In this document: piece after piece, positions 26,410-34,774 of the stretch | How the letters are laid out: each line of letters starts with the position of its first letter | Numbering within the stretch: the first letter of the stretch is position 1 | Origin: Anaerolineales bacterium | GTDB lineage: Bacteria > Chloroflexota > Anaerolineae > Epilineales > JAANWY01 | Direction: 5' to 3' | DNA: 44,402 bases | Assembly (NCBI GenBank): GCA_018263655.1 | Contig: JAANWY010000164.1 | Span: 1 to 44,402, forward strand | Translations under genes and position numbers: made by a program | The notes under the pieces: model-generated | What the model was told of the DNA's origin: nothing | Seen by the model: only the letters and a program-made list of their open reading frames with translations | The model's database searches: none

Positions 26410-27392
26410 AGAATCGACGCAACAAGGTGCTGGCGGGGGCGCTACTTCTCGATTTGGCCCTAGGCGATCCGCCCAACCGCTACCATCCGGTGGCCTGGAT
26501 GGGGAACGCCATCGCGTTCGCTCAGCGGCGGGCTCCCGAGCATGGCGTGCTCGGTCAACTGGCGTCCGGTGCTCTGATAACCGTCACTGGTGTCACGACC
26601 GCCGCTGTTCTCGGTCGTTTGCTGGACCGGGTCGTTGCACGTTTGCCCGGGCCAATCGGCTGGCTAGTGGAGGCCGGCTTGCTGAAAACGATGTTCTCGA
26701 TTCGCAGGCTGGCCACAGCGGCCGAAGAGGTCGAGAGCGCGCTTGGGACCAACGATCTACCTGAAGCACGCCGCCTGGTCGGTTGGCACTTAGTAAGCCG
26801 GGACACCGCTGCGTTGGATGCCGCCCAGGTCGCTGCAGCCACTATCGAATCCGTAGCCGAAAATGCCTCCGATGGCGTAGTGGCGCCGCTGCTCTACTAC
26901 GCGCTGGGCGGCCTGCCGGCTGTGTTGGCCTATCGCTTCGTCAATACCGGAGACGCTATGCTGGGCTATCGGGACGACGCCCACGAGTGGCTGGGCAAGG
27001 CGCCGGCGCGCGTCGACGATCTGGCCAACCTGCTGCCGGCGCGGCTTACGGCCGCCCTCCTCGTCTCCGCCGCTGCTTTGGCCGGCGAAGACGCTGGAGA
27101 GGGATGGCGGGCCTGGCGACGAGATGCTGGGGAGACGGACAGCCCCAACGCCGGCCACCCAATGAGCGCCATGGCTGGCGCGCTGGGTGTCGAGCTGGAG
27201 AAAGCGGGCTACTATCGATTGGGGGCCGGCCAACGGCTACCGACTGCGAAAGACATCGGGCGGGCGGCTCGGTTGCTCTGGTGGAGCAGTGGCTTAGCCG
27301 CGGGGTTAGTCATTCTGCTAATGAGGCAAGAGAGCAACAAACCTGGTCCACGCTCCGTAGCGGACATTGCGTCTGATTGTGAGATGACGTAG
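26406..27392 (+). CDS. cbiB: adenosylcobinamide-phosphate synthase (CbiB; CobD in Pseudomonas nomenclature)
   Basis: LLLDLALGDPPNRYHPVAWMG, ENASDGVVAPLLYYALGGLPAVLAYRFVNTGDAMLGYR and SPNAGHPMSAMAGALGV are CbiB family blocks. ATGA overlap with cbiZ. Confidence 0.9.
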   Translation: MKNRRNKVLAGALLLDLALGDPPNRYHPVAWMGNAIAFAQRRAPEHGVLGQLASGALITVTGVTTAAVLGRLLDRVVARLPGPIGWLVEAGLLKTMFSIRRLATAAEEVESALGTNDLPEARRLVGWHLVSRDTAALDAAQVAAATIESVAENASDGVVAPLLYYALGGLPAVLAYRFVNTGDAMLGYRDDAHEWLGKAPARVDDLANLLPARLTAALLVSAAALAGEDAGEGWRAWRRDAGETDSPNAGHPMSAMAGALGVELEKAGYYRLGAGQRLPTAKDIGRAARLLWWSSGLAAGLVILLMRQESNKPGPRSVADIASDCEMT

Positions 27393-27398
27393 AATTAA

Positions 27399-27488
27399 GG
27401 GGATTCCAGAATTTAAAACCTCCCAAAAACCTAAAGGTTTCCAGGGGAAATAGGCCGTTTTTGGGAGGTTTATTTCCCTGGAATCCCC
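27399..27488. repeat. 90-nt imperfect hairpin immediately upstream of the Rpn-like gene
   Basis: Outer pairing is ggggattccag / ctggaatcccc. Inner pairing is aaaacctcccaaaaac / gtttttgggaggttt. Confidence 0.6.
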
Positions 27489-27493
27489 TAAAG

Positions 27494-28425
27494 ATGGAGA
27501 CACCTATGACCCAACCTGCTGATATTGGTAGCCGGCGTCTGATCAGCCTCGCCCCCACCGCTTGGGTACGCTGGCTGTTAGGCGATGACACTCTCGACGC
27601 CGTCGATCTCCTCTCGGCCGACTTCCAATGGGTTGGCCGCGAGAGTGACACTCTAATTCGAGTCCGCAGCCCGGATCACGGAGACTTCGTGGTGATCAAC
27701 GAGATTCAACTGCACTACGACCCCGAGATGCCCCGCCGGATGCGGGCCTATGCTGGTCTGGCGCACGAGCGTTACGTTGAGCCAATCTACCCAGTGTTGG
27801 TAATATCCTGCCCCCGCCGGCGGGCGTGGACATTCCCGCCCGCTTTGAGTCGGAGTTCCTGGGGTTGGTGGCGCGTCAGGACTACAGGGTAGTCAACCTG
27901 TGGGAGGTGGAGGCAGAACGAGTCCTGGAGGCCGAGTTCCTGCCGTTGCTGCCCTTTGTGCCGGTACTGCGTGGTGGGCAGAATGTACCGCTGCTACAGC
28001 GGGCGGTGACCCGGCTGCGGGCGGAGTCGGCACTGTCGGAGCTGGAGCCACTGCTGGCCTTTTTCGCCAGCTTTGTATTGGAGACGGAGTTCGTACAACA
28101 GGTTATGAGGTGGGATATGGCTGTATTGCGCGAATCGCCATGGTATCGGGAAATCCTTGAGGAAGGTCTCGAACAGGGCCTGGAGCAAGGTCTCGAACAA
28201 GCCCGCAAGGCCCGTCGGGATGATGTGCGACGGGTGTTGACGCATCGTTTCGGCGAACTGCCGGCCGAGGTGGAGGAAGCGTTAGAGGGGTTGGACCTCG
28301 ATCAACTTGAGCAACTGTTCAGCGTCGCTCTGGATGCTGCAACGCTGGATGAGTTCCACACTCACCTACCGCCGGCTGGTCCCGGGTCGAATGGAGACAT
28401 TGGCGCACCTCCATCGGACGCTTGA
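27494..28425 (+). pseudogene. Rpn-family recombination-promoting nuclease / DUF4351-type putative transposase, frameshifted
   Basis: The N-terminal part (to about 27805) and the C-terminal part (…PPPAGVDIPARFESEFLGLVARQDYRVVNLWEV…LLPFVPVLRGG…LAFFASFVLETEFVQQVMRWDMAVLRESPWYREI…) lie in two frames. The junction is at gtaatatcctgccc (27799-27812), consistent with loss of 1 nt. Confidence 0.7.
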
Positions 28426-29500
28426 TCCTCTGCCCGCGCCGGCCCACCACGGTGCCATCGACTTCGCCGAGTTGGAGCGGCTGGGATTGGATCCGGACGA
28501 GGTCTTGGACTTCAGTGTCAATAGCAATCCCTATGGACCGTCGCCGGCTGTCCGAGAGGCTTTGGCTCGCGTTCCGCTGGATCGCTACCCCGATCGGGAA
28601 GCACTGGCGCTGCGCCGAGCGCTTGCTGATCGATTGGGGATTACGCCTGAGCAGATTGTGGCCGGCAATGGGACCGCTGAGCTGCTGTGGTTGATCGGCC
28701 TGGCCTTCCTCCGCTCGGGAGATCGCGTGCTCGTCCTCGGGCCGACATTCGGCGAGTATAGACGCGTGGCCGCGTTGGCGGGCGCCAAAGTTGAAGTTTG
28801 GACCGCCCAGGCGGAGCAAGCTTTCACAGTCGACGTGGATGGCGTAGCCCGGCGCTTGCAGCAGGTGCAGCCTCGGGTGGCGTTCCTGTGCAATCCCAAC
28901 AACCCCACTGGCACGGTGTTGCCTCCAGACGTCATCGAGGCACGGGCTGAGGCCCATCCGCAGACCCTCTTCGTCGTAGATGAGGCCTACCTCAACTTTG
29001 TTCCCGACCTTGACGCGGCTTTGACGATCGGCCAAGACAATCTCCTGGTGCTGCGCTCCATGACGAAGGACTACGCCTTGGCCGGCTTGCGCCTAGGTTA
29101 CGCCTCGGGTTACGCTCGAGTGATCGAGGCACTGGCTTCGGTACGACCGCCCTGGAATGTGAACGCTATGGCCCAGGCAGCCGGCGTGGCGGCTCTGTCC
29201 GATGAAGTACATTTGCAGCGCTCGTTGTCCCGGCTAGTGGAAGACAAAGCGGCGTTGGTGACAGGCCTGTCGGAGCTGGGATTGGCATCGCTCCCCTCGG
29301 CCGTGCACTTCTTCTTAATTGACGTGGGGGACGGTGCGGCCTTTCGTCGAAAACTGCTTCGGCACGGCATCCTGGTGCGGGACTGTGCGTCTTTTGGCCT
29401 GCCGGCCTACGTTCGCATTGCGGCGCGCCGGCCCGAGGAGAACCAACGGCTGCTGGCCGCCATTCGTGAGGTGAGGACGATGAAGACATGGTCCGATTGA
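28391..29500 (+). CDS. cobD: threonine-phosphate decarboxylase (PLP-dependent, class II aminotransferase fold)
   Basis: HHGAIDF...LDFSVNSNPYGPSP..., NPNNPTG and SMTKDYALAGLRLGY (PLP lysine). Function is assigned from cob operon context, since histidinol-phosphate aminotransferase is the closest fold relative. ATG 28391 overlaps the Rpn-like ORF tail by 35 nt. Confidence 0.78.
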   Translation: METLAHLHRTLDPLPAPAHHGAIDFAELERLGLDPDEVLDFSVNSNPYGPSPAVREALARVPLDRYPDREALALRRALADRLGITPEQIVAGNGTAELLWLIGLAFLRSGDRVLVLGPTFGEYRRVAALAGAKVEVWTAQAEQAFTVDVDGVARRLQQVQPRVAFLCNPNNPTGTVLPPDVIEARAEAHPQTLFVVDEAYLNFVPDLDAALTIGQDNLLVLRSMTKDYALAGLRLGYASGYARVIEALASVRPPWNVNAMAQAAGVAALSDEVHLQRSLSRLVEDKAALVTGLSELGLASLPSAVHFFLIDVGDGAAFRRKLLRHGILVRDCASFGLPAYVRIAARRPEENQRLLAAIREVRTMKTWSD

Positions 29501-30111
29501 TCCTGGTTCGGCACGGTGAGACCGCCTGGAACACCGAACACCGGTTTCAGGGACAAACGGACGTCCCCTTAAACGAGATCGGGCGGCGTCAGGCGTCAAG
29601 ACTGGCGAGCCGGCTCGCAGATGAAGAGATCCACGTGATCTACAGCAGTGATTTGCGGCGGGCGTGGGAAACAGCGACAGCCATCAACGCACGCCACGAC
29701 GTCACCTTACGCAGTGAACCTCGTCTACGAGAGATCGACTTCGGCGCCTGGGAAGGCCTGACCTACGACGAAATCCAAGAGGGCCACGCTGGAGTTTGGG
29801 ATGCCTGGCTTGATGACCCGATGAACGTCGCGGTGCCCGACGGAGAGCTACTGGCCGAGGTGGTCACTCGCATTCAGTTACTACTCGATGGAATCACTTC
29901 GGAGCACGCGGAACAGAACGTGTTGCTAGTCGGCCATGGGGGATCGCTTCAGACGTTACTCGGTCTGCTTCTCGGGTTGAATCCCCAGGCGCGGTGGCAG
30001 TTTCGGCTGGATACTACTTCGCTGTCGGAGTTGTATCTTTACGAGGAGGGGACTATATTGACACTGCTGAACGACACCTGCCATTTGTCGGAGGTGGAAG
30101 ATGCCGGCTAG
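29488..30111 (+). CDS. cobC: alpha-ribazole phosphatase (histidine phosphatase family)
   Basis: LVRHGETAWN (RHG motif) and the downstream GHGG. Function is assigned from operon context. Confidence 0.8.
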   Translation: MVRLILVRHGETAWNTEHRFQGQTDVPLNEIGRRQASRLASRLADEEIHVIYSSDLRRAWETATAINARHDVTLRSEPRLREIDFGAWEGLTYDEIQEGHAGVWDAWLDDPMNVAVPDGELLAEVVTRIQLLLDGITSEHAEQNVLLVGHGGSLQTLLGLLLGLNPQARWQFRLDTTSLSELYLYEEGTILTLLNDTCHLSEVEDAG

Positions 30112-31633
30112 CGTGCTCATGGTGCAAGGCGCCAGCTCGTCTGCCGGCAAGAGCTTGTTGGTGGCGGCGCTGTGCCGCATCTTCGCCCGACGTGGCGTAC
30201 GCGTAGCGCCTTTCAAGGCCCAAAACATGTCCAACAATGCCGCCGTCTGCCCCGATGGCGCGGAGATCGGCCGCGCCCAGGCGACGCAGGCATACGCTGC
30301 CGGCCTCGATCCCACCGCCGACATGAACCCCATCCTCCTCAAGCCCGAGGCCGACTCTCGTTCCCAGGTCGTCGTCATGGGTGAGGCTTGGCGCACGCTG
30401 CCGGCCGGCGGGTACTACGAGCGCAAGAGCGAGCTCTGGTCAACCGTCACCGCCGCACTGGATCGGCTTCGGTCGGCCTATGAGCTGGTCATCATCGAAG
30501 GCGCTGGCAGCCCCGTCGAGCTCAATCTGCGGACCCGCGATATCGTGAACATGGCCGTGGCTCGCTACGCCGAAGCACCCGTACTCCTGGTAGGCGACAT
30601 CGACCGTGGCGGCATCTTTGCACAGCTCCTCGGTACCCTCTGGCTGCTGGAATCGGAGGAGCAGGCGCTGGTGAAGGGGCTGGTAGCCAATAAGTTCCGG
30701 GGTGACCTGAAACTCTTCGCCGACGGGGTGCGTATCTTGGAAAATCGCGGCGGCGTACCGGTGATAGGCGTGGTGCCCTTTTTACACGATCTTGCTATTC
30801 CGGAAGAAGACGCTGTAGCGTTGGAGCAGCCGGCCGCCGACTCTTCGACAGACTCAGGAAGCCGCTGTTTACGGTCAACTGCTGTAGTAGACATCGCCGT
30901 CGTCCGGCTGCCACGCATTGCCAACTTCGACGACTTCGACCCACTAGCCGGCGAACCAGGCGTGCAGGTGCGTTACGTGTCCTCGCCTCAAGCGCTGGGC
31001 CGGCCCGATGCCGTCATCCTTCCCGGCACCAAGAGCACGATCGCCGATCTGACTTGGCTGCAAGAGCAAGGCTTGGCCGAGGCGATCCGGCGCCTGGCCG
31101 ACAATGGCACAGCCGTAGTGGGCATCTGTGGCGGCTATCAGATGCTGGGTCGCGTCGTGCGCGACCCCGACCACGTGGAATCGTCGGCCGACGAAGCGCC
31201 TGGGCTGGGTCTGCTGCCGGCCGAAACGGTCTTCCAGGGGGAGAAAGCCACCCACCGAGCACAGGCGGAGGTGCTGGGCGGGCCAGGCTGGCTAGCCAAG
31301 GTGGCTGGTCAGACGGTATCTGGCTACGAAATCCACATGGGGCAGACGACGGGCGGCCAGCGTTGGCTGGAGATTACCCAGCGCAGCGGGTCTCCAATTA
31401 GCCTGAGAGACGGCGCCGTGACCCGTGAAGGTCGCGTGTGGGGCTGTTATCTGCACGGCCTCTTCGAGAACGCGACACTGCGCCGTACTTGGCTGTCCGA
31501 CTTAGGCTGGCGCGACTATGGCGAGAGGAGTTCACGGTCGCTTGATCGCGAAGTGGCTTTCGACCATCTGGCTGACGCCGTGGACGCGGCCCTGGACATG
31601 GAGCTGTTGGAGAGAATTGTATGGGACACTTGA
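30101..31633 (+). CDS. cobQ: cobyric acid synthase
   Basis: MVQGASSSAGKS..., PFKAQNMSNNA and the C-terminal GATase block ICGGYQMLG...GYEIHMG are CobQ/CbiP signatures. Confidence 0.92.
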   Translation: MPASVLMVQGASSSAGKSLLVAALCRIFARRGVRVAPFKAQNMSNNAAVCPDGAEIGRAQATQAYAAGLDPTADMNPILLKPEADSRSQVVVMGEAWRTLPAGGYYERKSELWSTVTAALDRLRSAYELVIIEGAGSPVELNLRTRDIVNMAVARYAEAPVLLVGDIDRGGIFAQLLGTLWLLESEEQALVKGLVANKFRGDLKLFADGVRILENRGGVPVIGVVPFLHDLAIPEEDAVALEQPAADSSTDSGSRCLRSTAVVDIAVVRLPRIANFDDFDPLAGEPGVQVRYVSSPQALGRPDAVILPGTKSTIADLTWLQEQGLAEAIRRLADNGTAVVGICGGYQMLGRVVRDPDHVESSADEAPGLGLLPAETVFQGEKATHRAQAEVLGGPGWLAKVAGQTVSGYEIHMGQTTGGQRWLEITQRSGSPISLRDGAVTREGRVWGCYLHGLFENATLRRTWLSDLGWRDYGERSSRSLDREVAFDHLADAVDAALDMELLERIVWDT

Positions 31634-32160
31634 CGCTGGTGCTGGGCGGGGCGCGCAGTGGGAAGAGCACGTTTGCCGAGCAACGGGCACAGGAGTTGGG
31701 TGGAGAGCGGCAGGAATACTTTTTCCCCGCCGGCGCCGGTGACGAGGAGATGCAACAACGCATCGAGAGGCATAGGCGGGAACGTCCGTCGGGCTGGCGG
31801 ACTCTGGAGGTGCAGCGGGATGTGGGGCGCGCCATCTTGGGTCACGCCGGCGGGGAAAAAGTATTCCTGGTTGACTGTCTGACGATATTGGTCTCCAATT
31901 TACTGATAGAGGCCGAAGACCCCTTCGCGCCAGGTGTTGGAGACAGCGTGGCGGGCGAGATCGATGGCCTCACCGCATCGGCTGATGAACTGACGGGGCA
32001 TCTCATCGTGGTATCCAACGAGGTGGGGCTCGGGCTGGTGCCGGCCTACCCGCTCGGCCGCGCCTACCGCGATTTGCTCGGTTGGGCCAATCAGGCCTTG
32101 GCGCAACGGGCCGATGAGGTGTATTTTCTCGTTGCCGGCCTACGCCAGAAGCTAAAATGA
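31621..32160 (+). CDS. cobU: bifunctional adenosylcobinamide kinase / adenosylcobinamide-phosphate guanylyltransferase
   Basis: P-loop GGARSGKS, ...RHRRERP..W.T.E... and VSNEVGLGLVP blocks are typical of CobU/CobP. Confidence 0.9.
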   Translation: MGHLTLVLGGARSGKSTFAEQRAQELGGERQEYFFPAGAGDEEMQQRIERHRRERPSGWRTLEVQRDVGRAILGHAGGEKVFLVDCLTILVSNLLIEAEDPFAPGVGDSVAGEIDGLTASADELTGHLIVVSNEVGLGLVPAYPLGRAYRDLLGWANQALAQRADEVYFLVAGLRQKLK

Positions 32161-32261
32161 TACTTTTTCCTCGACAATGTTGGATTCGATCAGAAACCAG
32201 GGTTTTGTGTTCATTTGTGTTCAAAAGTGAGAAGACAAGGTATCATCTTAATATTTCAGGG

Positions 32262-32337
32262 CTATGTAGGTCGAAATGGTATTTCGACCCGACGATTTAC
32301 CAAATCGTCCTACATGTCCCCCCATATATCGAGAAGA
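32262..32337. repeat. dispersed repeat, inverted copy of 1066-1120 with a nested 22-nt hairpin
   Basis: See feature 1066-1120. The extra segment gacgatttaccaaatcgtccta forms its own hairpin. Confidence 0.6.
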
Positions 32338-32440
32338 CACAAGACAAAATTGTGTTCGGCACCCTGGCTGCCCAGGCCTCGTGCTGTATCAGAGGAAAAA
32401 CCAGGTTTCCTGGCGAACATATATTCAATCGTGACTACTC

Positions 32441-32477
32441 AGGCACTTCGTGCCTACACAAGAAGAGACCGGAAAAA
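32441..32477. repeat. 37-nt dispersed repeat, exact inverted copy of 22262-22298
   Basis: gtgactactcaggcacttcgtgcctacacaagaagag read directly. Confidence 0.85.
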
Positions 32478-32518
32478 GGGGTCGGTGGGGGGCGGCCGCC
32501 CCCCACCGACCCCTTTTT
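32473..32518. terminator. perfect 36-nt GC palindrome flanked by A5 and T5, a bidirectional terminator candidate
   Basis: aaaaa-ggggtcggtggggggcggccgccccccaccgacccc-ttttt. Confidence 0.65.
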
Positions 32519-32606
32519 CCGCATTTCTCAACTGCGAGGGTGGTAGCCGGGCAATAGCCTGAATAGTTGCATTCAATCTAACAGTGTCAAGCTGAGGTGG
32601 CTCTAA

Positions 32607-33389
32607 ATGCTGCTGGCAATCGATATCGGTAATACGAATCTAACCTTTGGCGTCTTCGACGGTGAGCGGCAAGTTCACCAGTGGCGCGCCGCGACCAAGC
32701 GCGCCGGCACGGCCGACGACTACACTGTGACCTTGAGCTGGTTCTTCCACAGCGCCGGCCTCGGATCGGAGCAGATCGACGGCTGCGTCATCTCCTCGGT
32801 TGTGCCGCCCCTGACGGCGGAGTGCGTGAGAATGGCGCGGGAGTATCTGAATACGGCACCGCTAGTCGTTGGACCTGGTGTGCGTACCGGGATGCGCATC
32901 GTCTACGACAACCCCGCCCAACTCGGCACTGATCGACTCATCGATGCTGTCGGCGCGCGTGAGCAATTTGGGGCGCCCGTAATCGTGATCGATTTCGGGA
33001 CGGCCACGACGTTCAATGTCGTCGACGGCGATGGCAACTACCGCGGCGGGGCCATCGCTCCGGGAATCGGTATCGCTGCGGACGCCTTGGTGACTGCGGC
33101 AGCGCAGCTTCCACGCGTCCACCTGGCTTTTCCGCCGCGTGTGACGGCGACCAACACCGTTGAAGCTATGCAATCTGGTGTGCTCTACGGGTACTTGGGC
33201 CTGGTCGAGGGCATGGTGGGCCGGCTCAGGGCGGAATGGGGCGCTGAAACTTCCGTCGTAGCCACGGGCGGGCTGGCCCGTGTCGTTGCTGAGTACACCG
33301 CGGCCATCGATGTTGTGGATCAGAACCTGATGCTGGAAGGTCTGCGGGTGATCTGGGCACTCAATTGCGGCGTGAAACGTAACACGTAG
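32607..33389 (+). CDS. coaX: type III pantothenate kinase
   Basis: MLLAIDIGNTN..., IDFGTATTF and ATGGLA are CoaX (Bvg accessory factor family) motifs. Confidence 0.92.
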   Translation: MLLAIDIGNTNLTFGVFDGERQVHQWRAATKRAGTADDYTVTLSWFFHSAGLGSEQIDGCVISSVVPPLTAECVRMAREYLNTAPLVVGPGVRTGMRIVYDNPAQLGTDRLIDAVGAREQFGAPVIVIDFGTATTFNVVDGDGNYRGGAIAPGIGIAADALVTAAAQLPRVHLAFPPRVTATNTVEAMQSGVLYGYLGLVEGMVGRLRAEWGAETSVVATGGLARVVAEYTAAIDVVDQNLMLEGLRVIWALNCGVKRNT

Positions 33390-33443
33390 GGAGTGTTTCG
33401 TGTTTCACGGCAGTAAGCGTTCAGGGGGCAACCCATAGAGCAT

Positions 33444-33536
33444 CCCTTCGACAAGCTCAGGACGTCGCTTCGATACGGTCTCCACTTCGTTTCGACCTAC
33501 TCAGGATGCTAGTCCTGATACCTCCTGAACGGTTAC
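33444..33536. repeat. 93-nt dispersed repeat (inverted copy at 44187-44279)
   Basis: The reverse complement of 33444-33536 differs from 44187-44279 at 4 of 93 positions by my manual alignment. Confidence 0.85.
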
Positions 33537-33565
33537 TCACGGCATTCTTGTCACGGAGCGCTTTT

Positions 33566-34774
33566 ATGTCTATCCGAGTTCTCTGCAAGCAGACGATCGT
33601 CTTGGGTGTAACCGGCAGCATCGCGGCTTACAAGGCGGTGGAGATTGCCAGTCGGCTGGTGAAGGCCGGCGCCCACGTCGATGTCATCATGACCGAGGCT
33701 GCCACGCAGCTGGTGGCTCCTCTCACGTTTCAAGCCATCACGCACCGCCCTGTGACAACCGATCTGTTCGATCCACGCGGCGAGCTAGGGATCGATCATG
33801 TGGCCTTAGCTAAGCGCGCAGATCTGATGGCCATCGCTCCCATCACGGCCAACACGCTGGCTAAGCTGGCCCAGGGCTTAGCCGACAACGCACTGACCAC
33901 GACTTTTCTGGCGGTCGAGTCACCCGTCATCGTTGCGCCGGCGATGGAGTCCCACATGTGGCTGCATCCATCAACCCAACGTAACTTGGATACTTTGCAA
34001 GCCTGGGGGACGACGGTCGTCGAACCGGAGAGCGGACACTTGGCTTCGGGGGCGGAAGGCGTGGGGCGCCTGGCAGAGCCGGTCAGCATCGTCGACACGA
34101 TCCGGTTCGTGTTGGGGCGCGACGGTCCCTTGGCCGGCCGGCACGTGGCCGTCACGGCCGGCCCGACGCGCGAAGCCATCGATCCGGTGCGCTACATCTC
34201 CAACCATTCTTCAGGCCGCATGGGCTACGCGGTGGCCGAGGCTGTCCGTGATTTGGGCGCCCGCGTCACGCTCGTCAGCGGCCCGACAGCGCTACGGGCT
34301 CCAGCCGGCGTCGAGTTCGTGGCCGTCACCTCCACGCACGAGATGCGAGACGCTGTGTTGGACGTCCTCCCCGACGTCGATGCCGTCGTCGGCGCTGCTG
34401 CGGTGACCGACTATGGGCCAGCCGTGTCTAGTGAGCAGAAGATCAAGAAAGCTGAGGGGGGGTTCTCACTCGAGTTGGTCCATAATCCGGACATCCTCAT
34501 GGATGTGAAAGCTTGGAAGGAGGCGCGAGAACGTACACACCCTATCATCATCGGGTTCGCCGCCGAGACGGAGAACCTCATCGAAAACGCACAGAACAAG
34601 CTCGTTCGGAAGAGGATGGACCTGATTGTGGCCAACTTGGTGCCGGCGACCTTCGGGTCTGACAGAAGCCAGGCCACGCTTATTCAGGTTGATCAACCTG
34701 TCGAGCGGCTGCCATCTCTGACGAAGACGGAACTTGCTGACAAACTGGCCGATCGCTTGGTTTACTTACTGTAG
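33566..34774 (+). CDS. coaBC: bifunctional phosphopantothenoylcysteine decarboxylase / phosphopantothenate--cysteine ligase
   Basis: N-terminal flavoprotein GVTGSIAAYK, PAMESHMW, and the C-terminal CoaB block TAGPTREAIDPVRYISNHSSGRMG. ATG 33566 is preferred, because the upstream 20 codons lie in a repeat. Confidence 0.92.
   Translation: MSIRVLCKQTIVLGVTGSIAAYKAVEIASRLVKAGAHVDVIMTEAATQLVAPLTFQAITHRPVTTDLFDPRGELGIDHVALAKRADLMAIAPITANTLAKLAQGLADNALTTTFLAVESPVIVAPAMESHMWLHPSTQRNLDTLQAWGTTVVEPESGHLASGAEGVGRLAEPVSIVDTIRFVLGRDGPLAGRHVAVTAGPTREAIDPVRYISNHSSGRMGYAVAEAVRDLGARVTLVSGPTALRAPAGVEFVAVTSTHEMRDAVLDVLPDVDAVVGAAAVTDYGPAVSSEQKIKKAEGGFSLELVHNPDILMDVKAWKEARERTHPIIIGFAAETENLIENAQNKLVRKRMDLIVANLVPATFGSDRSQATLIQVDQPVERLPSLTKTELADKLADRLVYLL

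Larger units (their letters stand above)
32170..32591. mobile_element. 422-bp composite element bounded by the same TIR family as the 6939-7061 MITE
   Basis: The left end ctcgacaatgttggatt matches cttgacaatgttaaatt at 14 of 17 positions. The right end aatctaacagtgtcaag matches aatttaacattgtcaag at 15 of 17. The sub-terminal cgatcagaaacc resembles cggttcagaaac. The interior carries other repeat families and a palindromic terminator. No clear TSD. Confidence 0.45.
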
